From positions 39,248 through 103,247 of the forward strand of contig JACRNB010000008.1 of the NCBI GenBank assembly GCA_016219425.1: a DNA stretch of 64,000 nt, given 5' to 3'. Positions 45,096-54,087 of the stretch are shown in pieces. Source of the DNA: Betaproteobacteria bacterium (GTDB taxonomy: Bacteria > Pseudomonadota > Gammaproteobacteria > Burkholderiales > Thiobacillaceae). The notes below the pieces were generated by a model. It worked only from the letters and a program-made list of their open reading frames with translations. It ran no database searches and had not been told where the DNA came from. The number at the start of each line of letters is the position of its first letter. Position 1 is the stretch's first letter. Both the position numbers and the translations under genes were made by a program.

Positions 45096-45704
45096 ATGAC
45101 TCCATCCCCCCCTGAAGACAAGTCCCGCCTGCGCAAGCGCCTGCGCGCCGTCCGCGCCGCCGTGCCGTCGGAGGTGCGGCGGCAGGCGGCACGGGCGCTG
45201 GTGCGTCTGGCCTTGCGCCGCCGCCTGTTGGGACGCGGTAAACGCATCGCCTTCTATATCCCCGCCAAGGGGGAAATTGATCTTCTGCCGCTCCTGAACC
45301 GGGCGCTGGAGATGCAGACGGACTGCTACCTGCCCGTTGTGCCAGGGCGGGGCAAGCGCAAATTGTGGTTTGTGCGCCTGGGCGCTCACCCTTCCTGGAC
45401 GCTCAACCGCTACGGCATCCCCGAATACCTCCATGTCACATCCCGGCGCGTACGCGCGCCCGCGCTGGATCGGCTGTTCATGCCCTTGCTGGGATTTGAT
45501 GGGGCGGGCTTCCGGGTAGGCATGGGCGGCGGCTACTACGACGCCAGCCTCGCCTTCCTGGCGCGGCGTCGCACATGGCGGCGTCCGGCGCTGACCGGGG
45601 TGGCCTATTCGGTGCAGGAAGTGGATCTGGCGCCACGAGACCCCTGGGACATCCCGCTGAATTCAGTGCTTACCGAGCAGGAACTGCGCAGGTTTTGCGC
45701 CTAG
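45096..45704 (+). CDS. ygfA: 5-formyltetrahydrofolate cyclo-ligase
   Basis: K..LR......R........A............A...IA.Y....GE.D, and the C-terminal GMGGGYYD motif. Confidence 0.9.
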   Translation: MTPSPPEDKSRLRKRLRAVRAAVPSEVRRQAARALVRLALRRRLLGRGKRIAFYIPAKGEIDLLPLLNRALEMQTDCYLPVVPGRGKRKLWFVRLGAHPSWTLNRYGIPEYLHVTSRRVRAPALDRLFMPLLGFDGAGFRVGMGGGYYDASLAFLARRRTWRRPALTGVAYSVQEVDLAPRDPWDIPLNSVLTEQELRRFCA

Positions 45705-46486
45705 TACCGGTATCCGGCGCTACCCGCCAGCCAGGGGTTGGTCTTGGCGTCGGCGGCGGGCAACTTGTGCCAGTCCTGCTGATCAGACGACGGTGACAGC
45801 GCACGACTCACGCCCTGCGCCATGCCTCCCATCCAGATCGTCGGCAACAGGGGATTGGCCGCCTGGGCGAGGGGCGCGTAGGTACGGCTATCCACGGCCT
45901 GCGCCATCCACTTGCCGTAGACGCCAGGGTCCGCCATCGCCCGGATCAGGGCCTGGACCTCGGGGGATGCAGGAGAGGCCGCCCAGCGCCCCAGCTTGCC
46001 GGAATCGGTAAGGCGGTTGAACAGGGCCTGGTAGAACTGCGGGTCCATGCCCGCCCCCATCCATTTCAGATACAGCACAGGATCGGTGAATTCGGACCAG
46101 TTGTGCGCCGTGGCCGGGTCGAACAACTGTCCCAACGCCTTGGGATAGGTATTCGGGTCCATGGCCATGGTGGCCAGGGCGGTCATGAAACGGGGTTCGG
46201 TGGTGGCATCCAGCCACTCCGCGAAGGCCTTGGGGTCTTTGCAGGCCGTGCCATTGCGGGTGGGGTCCGCCATGCGCTGCGGCCATTCTTCCGGGCGAAC
46301 GGGGAGTTTGCGCGCCGCCATATCCAACCGATCCACCACACTGCCGTCCGCTCGCTGCACCGCTTTGACCGCCACTTTGGTCTGCCGCACGGTGCGCTCC
46401 TGGCCCGCAGCCTGCGCCGCCGGCGCGAGCATCCCCCAGGCCAGGAGGGCGCCGGGGAGCGCGTGGAGGATGCGTTTTCTGTTCAT
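45701..46486 (-). CDS. Secreted repeat protein (DPxxYxxWM-type repeats), paralog of 51559-52218
   Basis: Signal peptide ..APAAQAAG. Repeats include MDPNTYPKAL, TDPVLYLKWMGAGMDPQFYQAL and ADPGVYGKWMAQAVDSRTY. Confidence 0.6.
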   Translation of the reverse strand: MNRKRILHALPGALLAWGMLAPAAQAAGQERTVRQTKVAVKAVQRADGSVVDRLDMAARKLPVRPEEWPQRMADPTRNGTACKDPKAFAEWLDATTEPRFMTALATMAMDPNTYPKALGQLFDPATAHNWSEFTDPVLYLKWMGAGMDPQFYQALFNRLTDSGKLGRWAASPASPEVQALIRAMADPGVYGKWMAQAVDSRTYAPLAQAANPLLPTIWMGGMAQGVSRALSPSSDQQDWHKLPAADAKTNPWLAGSAGYRY

Positions 46487-46638
46487 GGCACGAATCTACT
46501 AGAAAACGATGAATGGTAGGGATTTCCTGTGTGCGAACCATTGCCCAGGTGAACACCGCCCTGCCGCACGCGGCGAGCCATGGCGGCTCCCGCCTATGAT
46601 ATATATCCGCGAATCTTTTTGCCTTTGCGAGGTCGTCC

Positions 46639-47784
46639 GTGAACCTGTCCAAGCTTGCCCTTTCCCTCGTTGCCCTGGCCTGTGCCGGCCTACTTGCCGC
46701 CTGTGGCGAGAAACCCGGCGGTAGCGGCGATGTAATCCGCATCGGCTCCGTCTCCCCCCTGACCGGCCCCCAGACCCACATCGGCAAGGACAACGAGAAC
46801 GGCGCGCGTCTGGCGGTGGACGAGATCAACGCCAAGGGCCTGGAACTGGGCGGCAAGAAGGTGAAGCTGGAGCTCCTGAGCGAGGACGATCAGGCCGAGC
46901 CCAAGACCGCCACCATCGTGGCCCAGAAGCTGGTGGACGCGGGCGTGGTGGCGGTGATCGGCCACCTCAACTCCGGCACCACCATCCCCGCCTCCAAGAT
47001 CTACCTGGATGCCGGCATTCCCCAGATTTCCCCCTCCGCCACCGCCGTCAAGTACACCGCTCAGGGTTACAAGACCGCCTACCGTGTGATGGCCAACGAC
47101 GCGCAGCAGGGCAAGGCCCTGGGCCAGTATGCCGTGACCAAACTGAGCGCGAAGAAGATCGCCGTGATCGACGACCGCACCGCCTACGGCCAGGGGCTGG
47201 CGGACGAGTTCGAGAAGGCCGCCAAGACGGCGGGCGGCGAGATCGTGGCGCGGGAATACACCGACGACAGGAAGACGGACTTCACCGCCATCCTCACCAC
47301 CATCAAGGGCAAGACCCCGGATCTGATCTTCTTCGGCGGCATGGACCCTCAGGGCGGCCCGATGGCGCAGCAGATGAAGCGTCTGGGCCTCACCGCCAAG
47401 CTGCTGGGCGGCGATGGCCTGCAGAACATCAACTTCCTCAAGCTGGCGGGGGCGGACGCGGAAGGCGTGATCGCCTCTTCCCCCGGCCTGCCCATCGACG
47501 CCATGCCCGGCGGCGCGGACTTCCGCAAGCGTTTCGAGGCCAGGTTCGGTCCCATCCAGGTCTACGCGCCCTATGCCTATGACGCGGTGAACGTGCTGGC
47601 GGAGGCCATGAAGCGCGCCAATTCCGCCGAGCCTGCCAAGGTGCTGGCAGAACTGCCCAAGACCAGCCACCAGGGCGTCACCGGCCCGGTGACCTTCGAC
47701 GCCAAGGGCGACACCATGGCCGGCGCGGTGACCCTGTATGAGGCCAGGGGCGGGGCGTGGGTGGTGCTGGAGACGGTCAAGTAA
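46639..47784 (+). CDS. Branched-chain amino acid ABC transporter substrate-binding lipoprotein (LivJ/K family)
   Basis: GTG start, lipobox LLAAC. IRIGSVSPLTGP..HIGKDNENGARLAVDEINA.. is typical of type I PBPs. Confidence 0.9.
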   Translation: MNLSKLALSLVALACAGLLAACGEKPGGSGDVIRIGSVSPLTGPQTHIGKDNENGARLAVDEINAKGLELGGKKVKLELLSEDDQAEPKTATIVAQKLVDAGVVAVIGHLNSGTTIPASKIYLDAGIPQISPSATAVKYTAQGYKTAYRVMANDAQQGKALGQYAVTKLSAKKIAVIDDRTAYGQGLADEFEKAAKTAGGEIVAREYTDDRKTDFTAILTTIKGKTPDLIFFGGMDPQGGPMAQQMKRLGLTAKLLGGDGLQNINFLKLAGADAEGVIASSPGLPIDAMPGGADFRKRFEARFGPIQVYAPYAYDAVNVLAEAMKRANSAEPAKVLAELPKTSHQGVTGPVTFDAKGDTMAGAVTLYEARGGAWVVLETVK

Positions 47785-47792
47785 CGCAACAT

Positions 47793-47873
47793 CATTCCCG
47801 CGCAAGAGGGAATCCAGCCGTGCCTCAACCGTACTTTGAAGTGACTTTCTGGATTCCCGCTTGCGCGGGAATG
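47793..47873. repeat. REP-like inverted repeat, family G (CATTCCCGCGCAAGnGGGAATCCAG)
   Basis: cattcccgcgcaagagggaatccag ... ctggattcccgcttgcgcgggaatg. Confidence 0.8.
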
Positions 47874-47886
47874 ACGGGCTAGTTCC

Positions 47887-48816
47887 ATGGACATCTTCAC
47901 CCAGCAGCTCATCAACGGCCTCGTGGTGGGCAGCGTCTACGCCTTGGTGGCCCTGGGTTACACCATGGTCTACGGCATCCTGGAACTGATCAATTTCGCC
48001 CACGGCGAGGTGACCATGATCGGGGCCATGGTGGCGCTGATGGTGATCGGCGCCCTGCTGGGCGTCGCGCCGGACATGCCGGGCCTGATGGTGTTCGCCG
48101 GCGGCCTGCTGGTAGCCGTGCCGGCCTGCATGGCCCTGGGGTTCGCCATCGAGAAGATCGCCTACCGGCCCTTGCGCCATGCGCCCCGACTTGCGCCGCT
48201 CATCACCGCCATCGGCGTCTCCATCGTGTTGCAGAACCTGGCCATGCTGATCTGGGGCCGCCAGTACATTTCCTTCCCGCCCCTGCTGCCCCAGGGCCGC
48301 CATGAATTCCTGGGCGCTCACGTCACCGATACCCAGATCATCATCTTCGTCACTGCCCTCATCGTGATGGCGGGCCTCTGGCTGCTGGTGGAGCGCACCC
48401 GTCTGGGTCGCGCCATGCGCGCCACCGCCCAGTCCCGCGAGGTGGCCCAGCTCATGGGGGTGAACGTGGATCGGGTGATCGCCGCCACTTTCATCATCGG
48501 CTCCGGTCTGGCCGCCCTGGCCGGGGTGCTGGTGAGCGCCTACTACGGCCTGGCGCATTACTACATGGGCTTCATGCTGGGCCTGAAGGCCTTCTCCGCC
48601 GCCGTGCTGGGGGGCATCGGCAACATCGCCGGGGCCATGTTGGGGGGGTTGCTGCTGGGGGTGATCGAGGCCCTGGGCGCGGGTTATATCGGCGACCTCA
48701 CCGGCGGCTTTCTGGGCAGCCATTACCAGGACGTGTTCGCCTTCTTCGTGCTCATCCTGGTGCTGGTGCTGCGGCCTTCCGGCCTCTTGGGCGAACGGGT
48801 GGCGAACCGTGCTTGA
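47887..48816 (+). CDS. livH: Branched-chain amino acid ABC transporter permease
   Basis: QQLINGL..GS.YAL.ALGYTMVYGI...INFAHGE. Confidence 0.93.
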   Translation: MDIFTQQLINGLVVGSVYALVALGYTMVYGILELINFAHGEVTMIGAMVALMVIGALLGVAPDMPGLMVFAGGLLVAVPACMALGFAIEKIAYRPLRHAPRLAPLITAIGVSIVLQNLAMLIWGRQYISFPPLLPQGRHEFLGAHVTDTQIIIFVTALIVMAGLWLLVERTRLGRAMRATAQSREVAQLMGVNVDRVIAATFIIGSGLAALAGVLVSAYYGLAHYYMGFMLGLKAFSAAVLGGIGNIAGAMLGGLLLGVIEALGAGYIGDLTGGFLGSHYQDVFAFFVLILVLVLRPSGLLGERVANRA

Positions 48817-49909
48817 ACACGGCATGGCGTGGCTGCGGGCGCGCCCGCGTCTCGCCTTGCTGCTGCTCGCCGCCTTGCTCATCGCCCTGCCCTTCCTGGT
48901 GGGTGCGGGCCTGGGGCGCTCCTGGGTGCGGGTGCTGGATTTCGTGCTGATCTACGCCCTGCTCGCCATCGGCCTCAACATCGTGGTGGGCTACGCGGGC
49001 CTGCTGGATCTGGGTTACATCGCCTTCTACGCCCTGGGGGCCTATCTCTATGCCTGGCTGGCCAGCCCGCATTTCGGCCTGCATCTGCCGTTCTGGGCGG
49101 TGCTGCCGCTGGGGGCGGCGCTGGCCGGGTTGTTCGGGGTGCTGCTGGGAGCGCCCACCCTGCGTCTGCGCGGGGATTACCTCGCCATCGTCACCCTGGG
49201 CTTCGGCGAGATCATCCGCATCTTCATGAACAACCTGAACGCGCCCTTCAACCTGACCAACGGGCCGCAGGGCATGAACCTGATCGACCCGGTGAGCGTG
49301 GGCGGGCTGGCGTTCGAGGGGCAGCGGCAATTTCTCGGCCTCACCGTGACCGGGCTGCACCTGTATTACTACCTGTTCCTGGCCTTCACCCTGCTCGCCA
49401 TCGGCGTCGCCATGCGCTTGCAGGATTCGCGCATCGGGCGCGCCTGGGCGGCCCTGCGCGAGGACGAGGTGGCGGCGGCGGCGATGGGCATCAACACGCG
49501 CAACGTGAAGCTGTTGGCCTTTGCCATGGGGGCGATGTTCGGGGGGCTGGCGGGCGGGCTGTTCGCCGCGTTCCAGGGCTTCATCAGCCCGGAGAGCTTC
49601 AATCTGTGGGAGTCCATCCTGGTGCTGTGCATGATCGTGCTGGGAGGCATGGGCAATATTCCCGGCGTGATCCTGGGGGCGGTGCTGCTCACCGTGATCC
49701 CGGAGGCGCTGCGCTATCTGGGCGACCTGCAACGGGCCACTCTGGGCCATGTCGCGGTGGACCCGTCGGACCTGCGCATGCTGCTGTTCGGGCTGTCGCT
49801 GGTGGCGATGATGTTGTGGCGGCCCGCCGGGCTGTGGCCGTCGCGCCAGCGCAAGCGCGAGTTCGCCTCGGAAGACGAACATGCCGACCTCTACGATGCC
49901 CGCGCCTGA
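48809..49909 (+). CDS. livM: Branched-chain amino acid ABC transporter permease
   Basis: GLNIVVGYAGLLDLGYIAFYA.GAY.. GDYLAIVTLGFGEI. GTG start overlaps the livH stop. Confidence 0.9.
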   Translation: MLEHGMAWLRARPRLALLLLAALLIALPFLVGAGLGRSWVRVLDFVLIYALLAIGLNIVVGYAGLLDLGYIAFYALGAYLYAWLASPHFGLHLPFWAVLPLGAALAGLFGVLLGAPTLRLRGDYLAIVTLGFGEIIRIFMNNLNAPFNLTNGPQGMNLIDPVSVGGLAFEGQRQFLGLTVTGLHLYYYLFLAFTLLAIGVAMRLQDSRIGRAWAALREDEVAAAAMGINTRNVKLLAFAMGAMFGGLAGGLFAAFQGFISPESFNLWESILVLCMIVLGGMGNIPGVILGAVLLTVIPEALRYLGDLQRATLGHVAVDPSDLRMLLFGLSLVAMMLWRPAGLWPSRQRKREFASEDEHADLYDARA

Positions 49910-50669
49910 GTGTTTGTTGTCCGTGGAGGGCGTCTGCAAGCGCTTCGGCGGCCTTGCCGCGCTGGAAGACGTCACTCTGAGTGTGAACGAGGGCGAGATC
50001 TTCGGCCTGATCGGTCCCAACGGCGCGGGCAAGACCACCCTGTTCAACTGCATGACCGGGCTCTACAGCGTGACCTCCGGCGCAGTGCGCCTGGCAGGCG
50101 AGGCGGTGCAGAACCGCAAGCCGCACGAGGTGGTGAAACGGGGCTTTGCGCGCACCTTTCAGAACATCCGCCTGTTCGCCAACATGACCGCGCTGGAAAA
50201 CGTGATGGTGGGCCGCCATGTGCGCAGCCATGCCACCGTGATCGGCGCCATCCTGCGCTGCCGCCGCACGCGCGAGGAAGAGACGGCAATCCGCGCGCGC
50301 GCACACGAGCTGATGGAGTACGTCGGCCTGGGTCACAAGGTCCGCGCCCTGGCGGGGCATCTGGCCTACGGCGAACAGCGCCGCCTGGAGATCGCCCGCG
50401 CCCTGGCCACGAACCCCAAACTGCTGGCCCTGGACGAGCCGGTGGCGGGCATGAACCCCGCCGAACGCCAGCAGATGGCAGACCTGTTCCGCCGCCTGCG
50501 GGAGGATGGCCGCACCCTGCTCCTGATCGAGCACGACGTGAAACTGGTGATGGGCCTGTGCGACCGCGTTGCGGTGCTGGATTACGGTCGCAAGATCGCC
50601 GAGGGCGCGCCCGCCGAGGTGCGGAAAGACCCGGCGGTGATCGCCGCCTATCTCGGTGGCGCGACATGA
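49881..50669 (+). CDS. livG: Branched-chain amino acid ABC transporter ATP-binding protein
   Basis: KRFGGL.AL..V.L.V..GEI.GLIGPNGAGKTT.FN. LAYGEQRRLEIARAL. An alternative ATG is at 49896. Confidence 0.93.
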   Translation: MPTSTMPAPECLLSVEGVCKRFGGLAALEDVTLSVNEGEIFGLIGPNGAGKTTLFNCMTGLYSVTSGAVRLAGEAVQNRKPHEVVKRGFARTFQNIRLFANMTALENVMVGRHVRSHATVIGAILRCRRTREEETAIRARAHELMEYVGLGHKVRALAGHLAYGEQRRLEIARALATNPKLLALDEPVAGMNPAERQQMADLFRRLREDGRTLLLIEHDVKLVMGLCDRVAVLDYGRKIAEGAPAEVRKDPAVIAAYLGGAT

Positions 50670-51373
50670 GCCTGCTTCAAATCAAGGGTTTGAAGGTTGC
50701 CTACGGCGGCATCCAGGCCGTGCGCGGCATCGACCTGCATGTGGAGGAGGGCGAGCTGGTCACCCTCATCGGCGCCAACGGTGCGGGCAAGAGCAGCGCC
50801 CTGAAAGGCATCATGGGTCTGGCCGCCGACGGGGGCGACATCCGCTTCGCGGGGGAGCGCCTGCACCATCAGCCCACCCACGCCATCGCCGCCCGTGGTC
50901 TGGCCCTGGTGCCGGAAGGACGCGGCATCTTCGGACGCCTCACGGTGCTGGAGAACCTGGACATGGGCGCGTATCTGCGCCGCGACAAGGCGGGCATCCA
51001 GGCCGATCTGGAGCGGGTGCTGGGCATCTTCCCGCGTCTGGCGGAGCGCAGCTCTCAGTTGGCGGGTACGCTCTCCGGCGGCGAACAGCAGATGCTGGCC
51101 ATCGCCCGCGCCCTCATGGCCCGGCCCCGTCTGCTGCTGCTGGATGAACCCAGCATGGGCCTGGCCCCCCTGATGGTGCAGAAGATCTACGAGACCATCG
51201 CCGCCATCGCGCGGGAGGGCGTCACCCTCCTGTTGGTGGAACAGAACGCCAACCTGGCGTTGCAGGTCAGCCAGCGCGCCTATGTGCTGGAAAGCGGGTC
51301 CATCACCCTGGAAGGCCCCTCCGCCGAGCTCGCCGCCAACTCCCAAGTGCGCGCCGCGTACATCGGCGAGTAG
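50666..51373 (+). CDS. livF: Branched-chain amino acid ABC transporter ATP-binding protein
   Basis: GANGAGKSS. LSGGEQQMLAIARALM. LLLLDEPS. ATGA overlap with livG. Confidence 0.93.
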   Translation: MSLLQIKGLKVAYGGIQAVRGIDLHVEEGELVTLIGANGAGKSSALKGIMGLAADGGDIRFAGERLHHQPTHAIAARGLALVPEGRGIFGRLTVLENLDMGAYLRRDKAGIQADLERVLGIFPRLAERSSQLAGTLSGGEQQMLAIARALMARPRLLLLDEPSMGLAPLMVQKIYETIAAIAREGVTLLLVEQNANLALQVSQRAYVLESGSITLEGPSAELAANSQVRAAYIGE

Positions 51374-51558
51374 AAAACCACTTTGCAATCAAAGGCATAA
51401 ACCAACCGTGTTGCAGTAACGCAACACGCTGGGCCACCCCCTCTGATGCGCCCATTGAAACATTCGATAGTTCTAATACACGTCCCTATACTGCCCTTCA
51501 CCTGCTGTACCCCTTGCAGTCCCCCACTTTCCTTCCAAACCTGTTTAGGAGTTTTGAA

Positions 51559-52218
51559 ATGAAGAAACTGTCCGCCCTGATCCTGGCCCTGGTTGCCCAA
51601 TCCGCCTTCGCCGCCGCCCCCACTCCCGACGCCACCGCCGCCCAGTTGCTGGATCCCGCCAAGGTTGCCGATCTGGCCAAAGACCCCAAGGCTGCCGTTG
51701 CCGCCATGACCAACCTGATGGATCCCGCCACCGCCATCGCCCTGGCCCAGAAGTCCATGGACCCCGCCACCTTCACCAAGATGATGCAGGCTGGCATGTC
51801 TCCTGACATCCTGAAGGCCTATGCCGCTTTCCTGGACCCCGCTGTTTCCATGAAGTGGCTGGCTGCCGGTATGGACCCCAACTTCTACATGGCCGCCATC
51901 AACCCCATGCTGAACCCCAACATGTACACCAAGTGGATGATGGCTCCGGTTGACCCGCGCGTCCTGCAAATGGCCATGGCTCCCCTGAACCCCAACCTGT
52001 ACATGCAGTGGGCCACCGCTCCTCTGGCTCCCGCCAACATGAACATGATGATGGCTCCCCTGAACCCCAACCTGTACACCCAGTGGGCCGGCGCTGCTGC
52101 CGATCCCAAGACCTACGGCACCTGGGGCGCCTTCATGAACCCCGCCACCTACGGCAACATGGCCAACCCCTTCGCTGGCCTGTTCCCGGTTGCTGCTCCC
52201 GCTCCCGCTGCCAAGTAA
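51559..52218 (+). CDS. Secreted Met/Pro/Ala-rich repeat protein ((M/L)(D/N)PxxYxxW(M/A) repeats)
   Basis: RBS aggag. Signal peptide MKKLSALILALVAQSAFA. About ten ~12-13-aa repeats, for example LNPNLYMQWATAP, LNPNLYTQWAGAA and MDPNFYMAAINP. I count 22 Met in the mature part. Confidence 0.65.
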   Translation: MKKLSALILALVAQSAFAAAPTPDATAAQLLDPAKVADLAKDPKAAVAAMTNLMDPATAIALAQKSMDPATFTKMMQAGMSPDILKAYAAFLDPAVSMKWLAAGMDPNFYMAAINPMLNPNMYTKWMMAPVDPRVLQMAMAPLNPNLYMQWATAPLAPANMNMMMAPLNPNLYTQWAGAAADPKTYGTWGAFMNPATYGNMANPFAGLFPVAAPAPAAK

Positions 52219-52239
52219 TTCCGGCTTCTGAGCTTGAAA

Positions 52240-52267
52240 GGGCGGAACTTCGGTTCCGCCCTTTTTC
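52240..52267 (+). terminator. Rho-independent terminator
   Basis: gggcggaac-ttcg-gttccgccc-ttttt. Confidence 0.75.
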
Positions 52268-52274
52268 GTTTCTG

Positions 52275-52304
52275 CACAAAAAAGGCCGGGAAAAACCCGG
52301 CCTT
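52275..52304 (-). terminator. Rho-independent terminator for the cytochrome c gene
   Basis: Minus strand: aaggccggg-ttttt-cccggcctt-ttttgtg. Confidence 0.7.
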
Positions 52305-52327
52305 GGCGCTACAGAGGCAAACCTGAA

Positions 52328-52633
52328 TTACAGGCTCAGGATCCAGTCCGCCAGCTTCTTGGCGTTTTCGTCGGAAACCTGCTTCTGAGCAGCCATGGGG
52401 ATCGGACCCCAAACGCCCTTGCCACCGTTCTTGATGACGTGGACCAGATGGTCAGCGGCCTTGGCGTCACCCTTGTATTTCTTGGCGATGTCCTTCAGCG
52501 CGGGGCCAACCACCTTCTTTTCCACTTGGTGGCAGCTCATGCAGGTGCTCTTCTTGGCCAACTCCGTCTCGTCAGCGGCGGAAGCGACGCCGGCAGACAG
52601 GGCCAGAGCGGCAGCGATCAATACAACTTTCAT
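52328..52633 (-). CDS. Class I c-type cytochrome (c551/c552-like)
   Basis: Signal peptide, CMSCH heme motif, distal GPIPM methionine region, 101 aa. Confidence 0.9.
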   Translation of the reverse strand: MKVVLIAAALALSAGVASAADETELAKKSTCMSCHQVEKKVVGPALKDIAKKYKGDAKAADHLVHVIKNGGKGVWGPIPMAAQKQVSDENAKKLADWILSL

Positions 52634-52783
52634 GTCGAATCTCCTTTTTGCAAAAAGGCAACTTGCGTTGCGGCGCGGATGTTACTGGACATCCCCAGCA
52701 CTGAGAACAGCCAATAAATCAGTAATTTGGACTATCTCCGGCAAGGGGTTAACGCACTGTCCCGCATGATCGTTTACCCGGCG

Positions 52784-54082
52784 TTACAGCAACCCCAGGG
52801 TCACTTCCGCCATCAACGCCATGTCCGCGGTATCGATGACGTAGGGAGGCATGAAGTAAACCGTGGCGCCGATGGGACGGATGAATACCCCGCGCTCCAG
52901 CGCGGAACGGTGGAAGTCCGAGCTGAATCCAGGGGGTGCATCCACCACATCGAAGGCCCAGATCATGCCCTGCTGACGGAAGGCGCGGACCCGGGGGTGA
53001 GCGGCCACTTCTGCCAAAATCCCTGTGAACTCAAGCGACTTCTCACGATTGCGGGCAATGATCTGATCCTGTTCGAAGATGTCCAGCACCGCCAGGGCGG
53101 CGCGGCAGGCCAGGGCGTTGCCGGTGTAGGAATGGGAATGAAGAAAGCCGCGGGAGGTGGCCGGGCCGTAGAAGGCGGCGTAAATCGCATCGGTGCAGAG
53201 TGTGCAGGCCAGGGGCAGGTAGCCGCCGGTAATGCCCTTGGACAGACACATCAGGTCCGGGCGGATGCCGGCCTGCTCGCAGGCGAACAGTGTGCCGGTG
53301 CGGCCAAAGCCCACGGCGATCTCGTCAGCGATGAGATGTACCTGATGGCGGTCGCATGACTCCCGCAAACGGGTGAGATAGGCCGGGGGATACATGGCCA
53401 TGCCGGCGGCGCCCTGCACCAAGGGCTCGACGATGACGGCGGCGGTCTCTTCCGCGTGCGCCGCCAGCCAGACTTCCAGGTCCGCCGCCGCGCGCAGGGC
53501 GTAGGCCTCGGCGCTCTCGCCGGGCTCCGCGAGACGGAAATCCGGACTCATGGCCTGGTGGCTGGGGCGCAGCAGGGGGGCGTAGGCGTCCTTGAACAGG
53601 TCCACATCGGTGACCGAGAGTGCGCCCAGCGTCTCGCCGTGGTAACCGTTTTGCAGACTGACGAAGCCGGTCTTGCCGGGCCGCCCCACGTTGCGCCAGT
53701 AGTGGAAGCTCATCTTGAGCGCGATCTCGGTGGCGGAGGCGCCATCAGAGCCGTAGAAGGCGTGGCCCAGGCCGGTGAGGCGGCCCAGCCGTTCCGACAG
53801 CTCCACCGCCGGGGCGTGGGTGCAGCCGGCCAGGATGACGTGTTCGATCTTGCCAAGCTGGTCGGTGATGGCGGCGTTGATGCGGGGGTTGGCATGGCCG
53901 AACAGGTTGACCCACCAGGAGGAGATGGCGTCCAGGTAGCGCCGGCCCTCGTAGTCGATGAGCCAGGGGCCTTCGCCGCGCGCAATGGGCAGGGGCGGCG
54001 CGGCCTCCAGGTGCTGCATCTGAGTGCAGGGATGCCAGAGGGCGGTGCGGCTGCGGGTGTGCCAGTCGGCGTTGCTCGCCAC
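52784..54082 (-). CDS. bioA: Adenosylmethionine-8-amino-7-oxononanoate aminotransferase
   Basis: LWHPCTQM..YLDAISSWWVNLFGHANP..GSDGASATE..DEIAVGFGRTG..CLSKGITGG. GTG start at 54082 was chosen so the gene does not overlap the parA-like gene. Confidence 0.9.
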   Translation of the reverse strand: MASNADWHTRSRTALWHPCTQMQHLEAAPPLPIARGEGPWLIDYEGRRYLDAISSWWVNLFGHANPRINAAITDQLGKIEHVILAGCTHAPAVELSERLGRLTGLGHAFYGSDGASATEIALKMSFHYWRNVGRPGKTGFVSLQNGYHGETLGALSVTDVDLFKDAYAPLLRPSHQAMSPDFRLAEPGESAEAYALRAAADLEVWLAAHAEETAAVIVEPLVQGAAGMAMYPPAYLTRLRESCDRHQVHLIADEIAVGFGRTGTLFACEQAGIRPDLMCLSKGITGGYLPLACTLCTDAIYAAFYGPATSRGFLHSHSYTGNALACRAALAVLDIFEQDQIIARNREKSLEFTGILAEVAAHPRVRAFRQQGMIWAFDVVDAPPGFSSDFHRSALERGVFIRPIGATVYFMPPYVIDTADMALMAEVTLGLL

Positions 54083-54087
54083 GGGCG

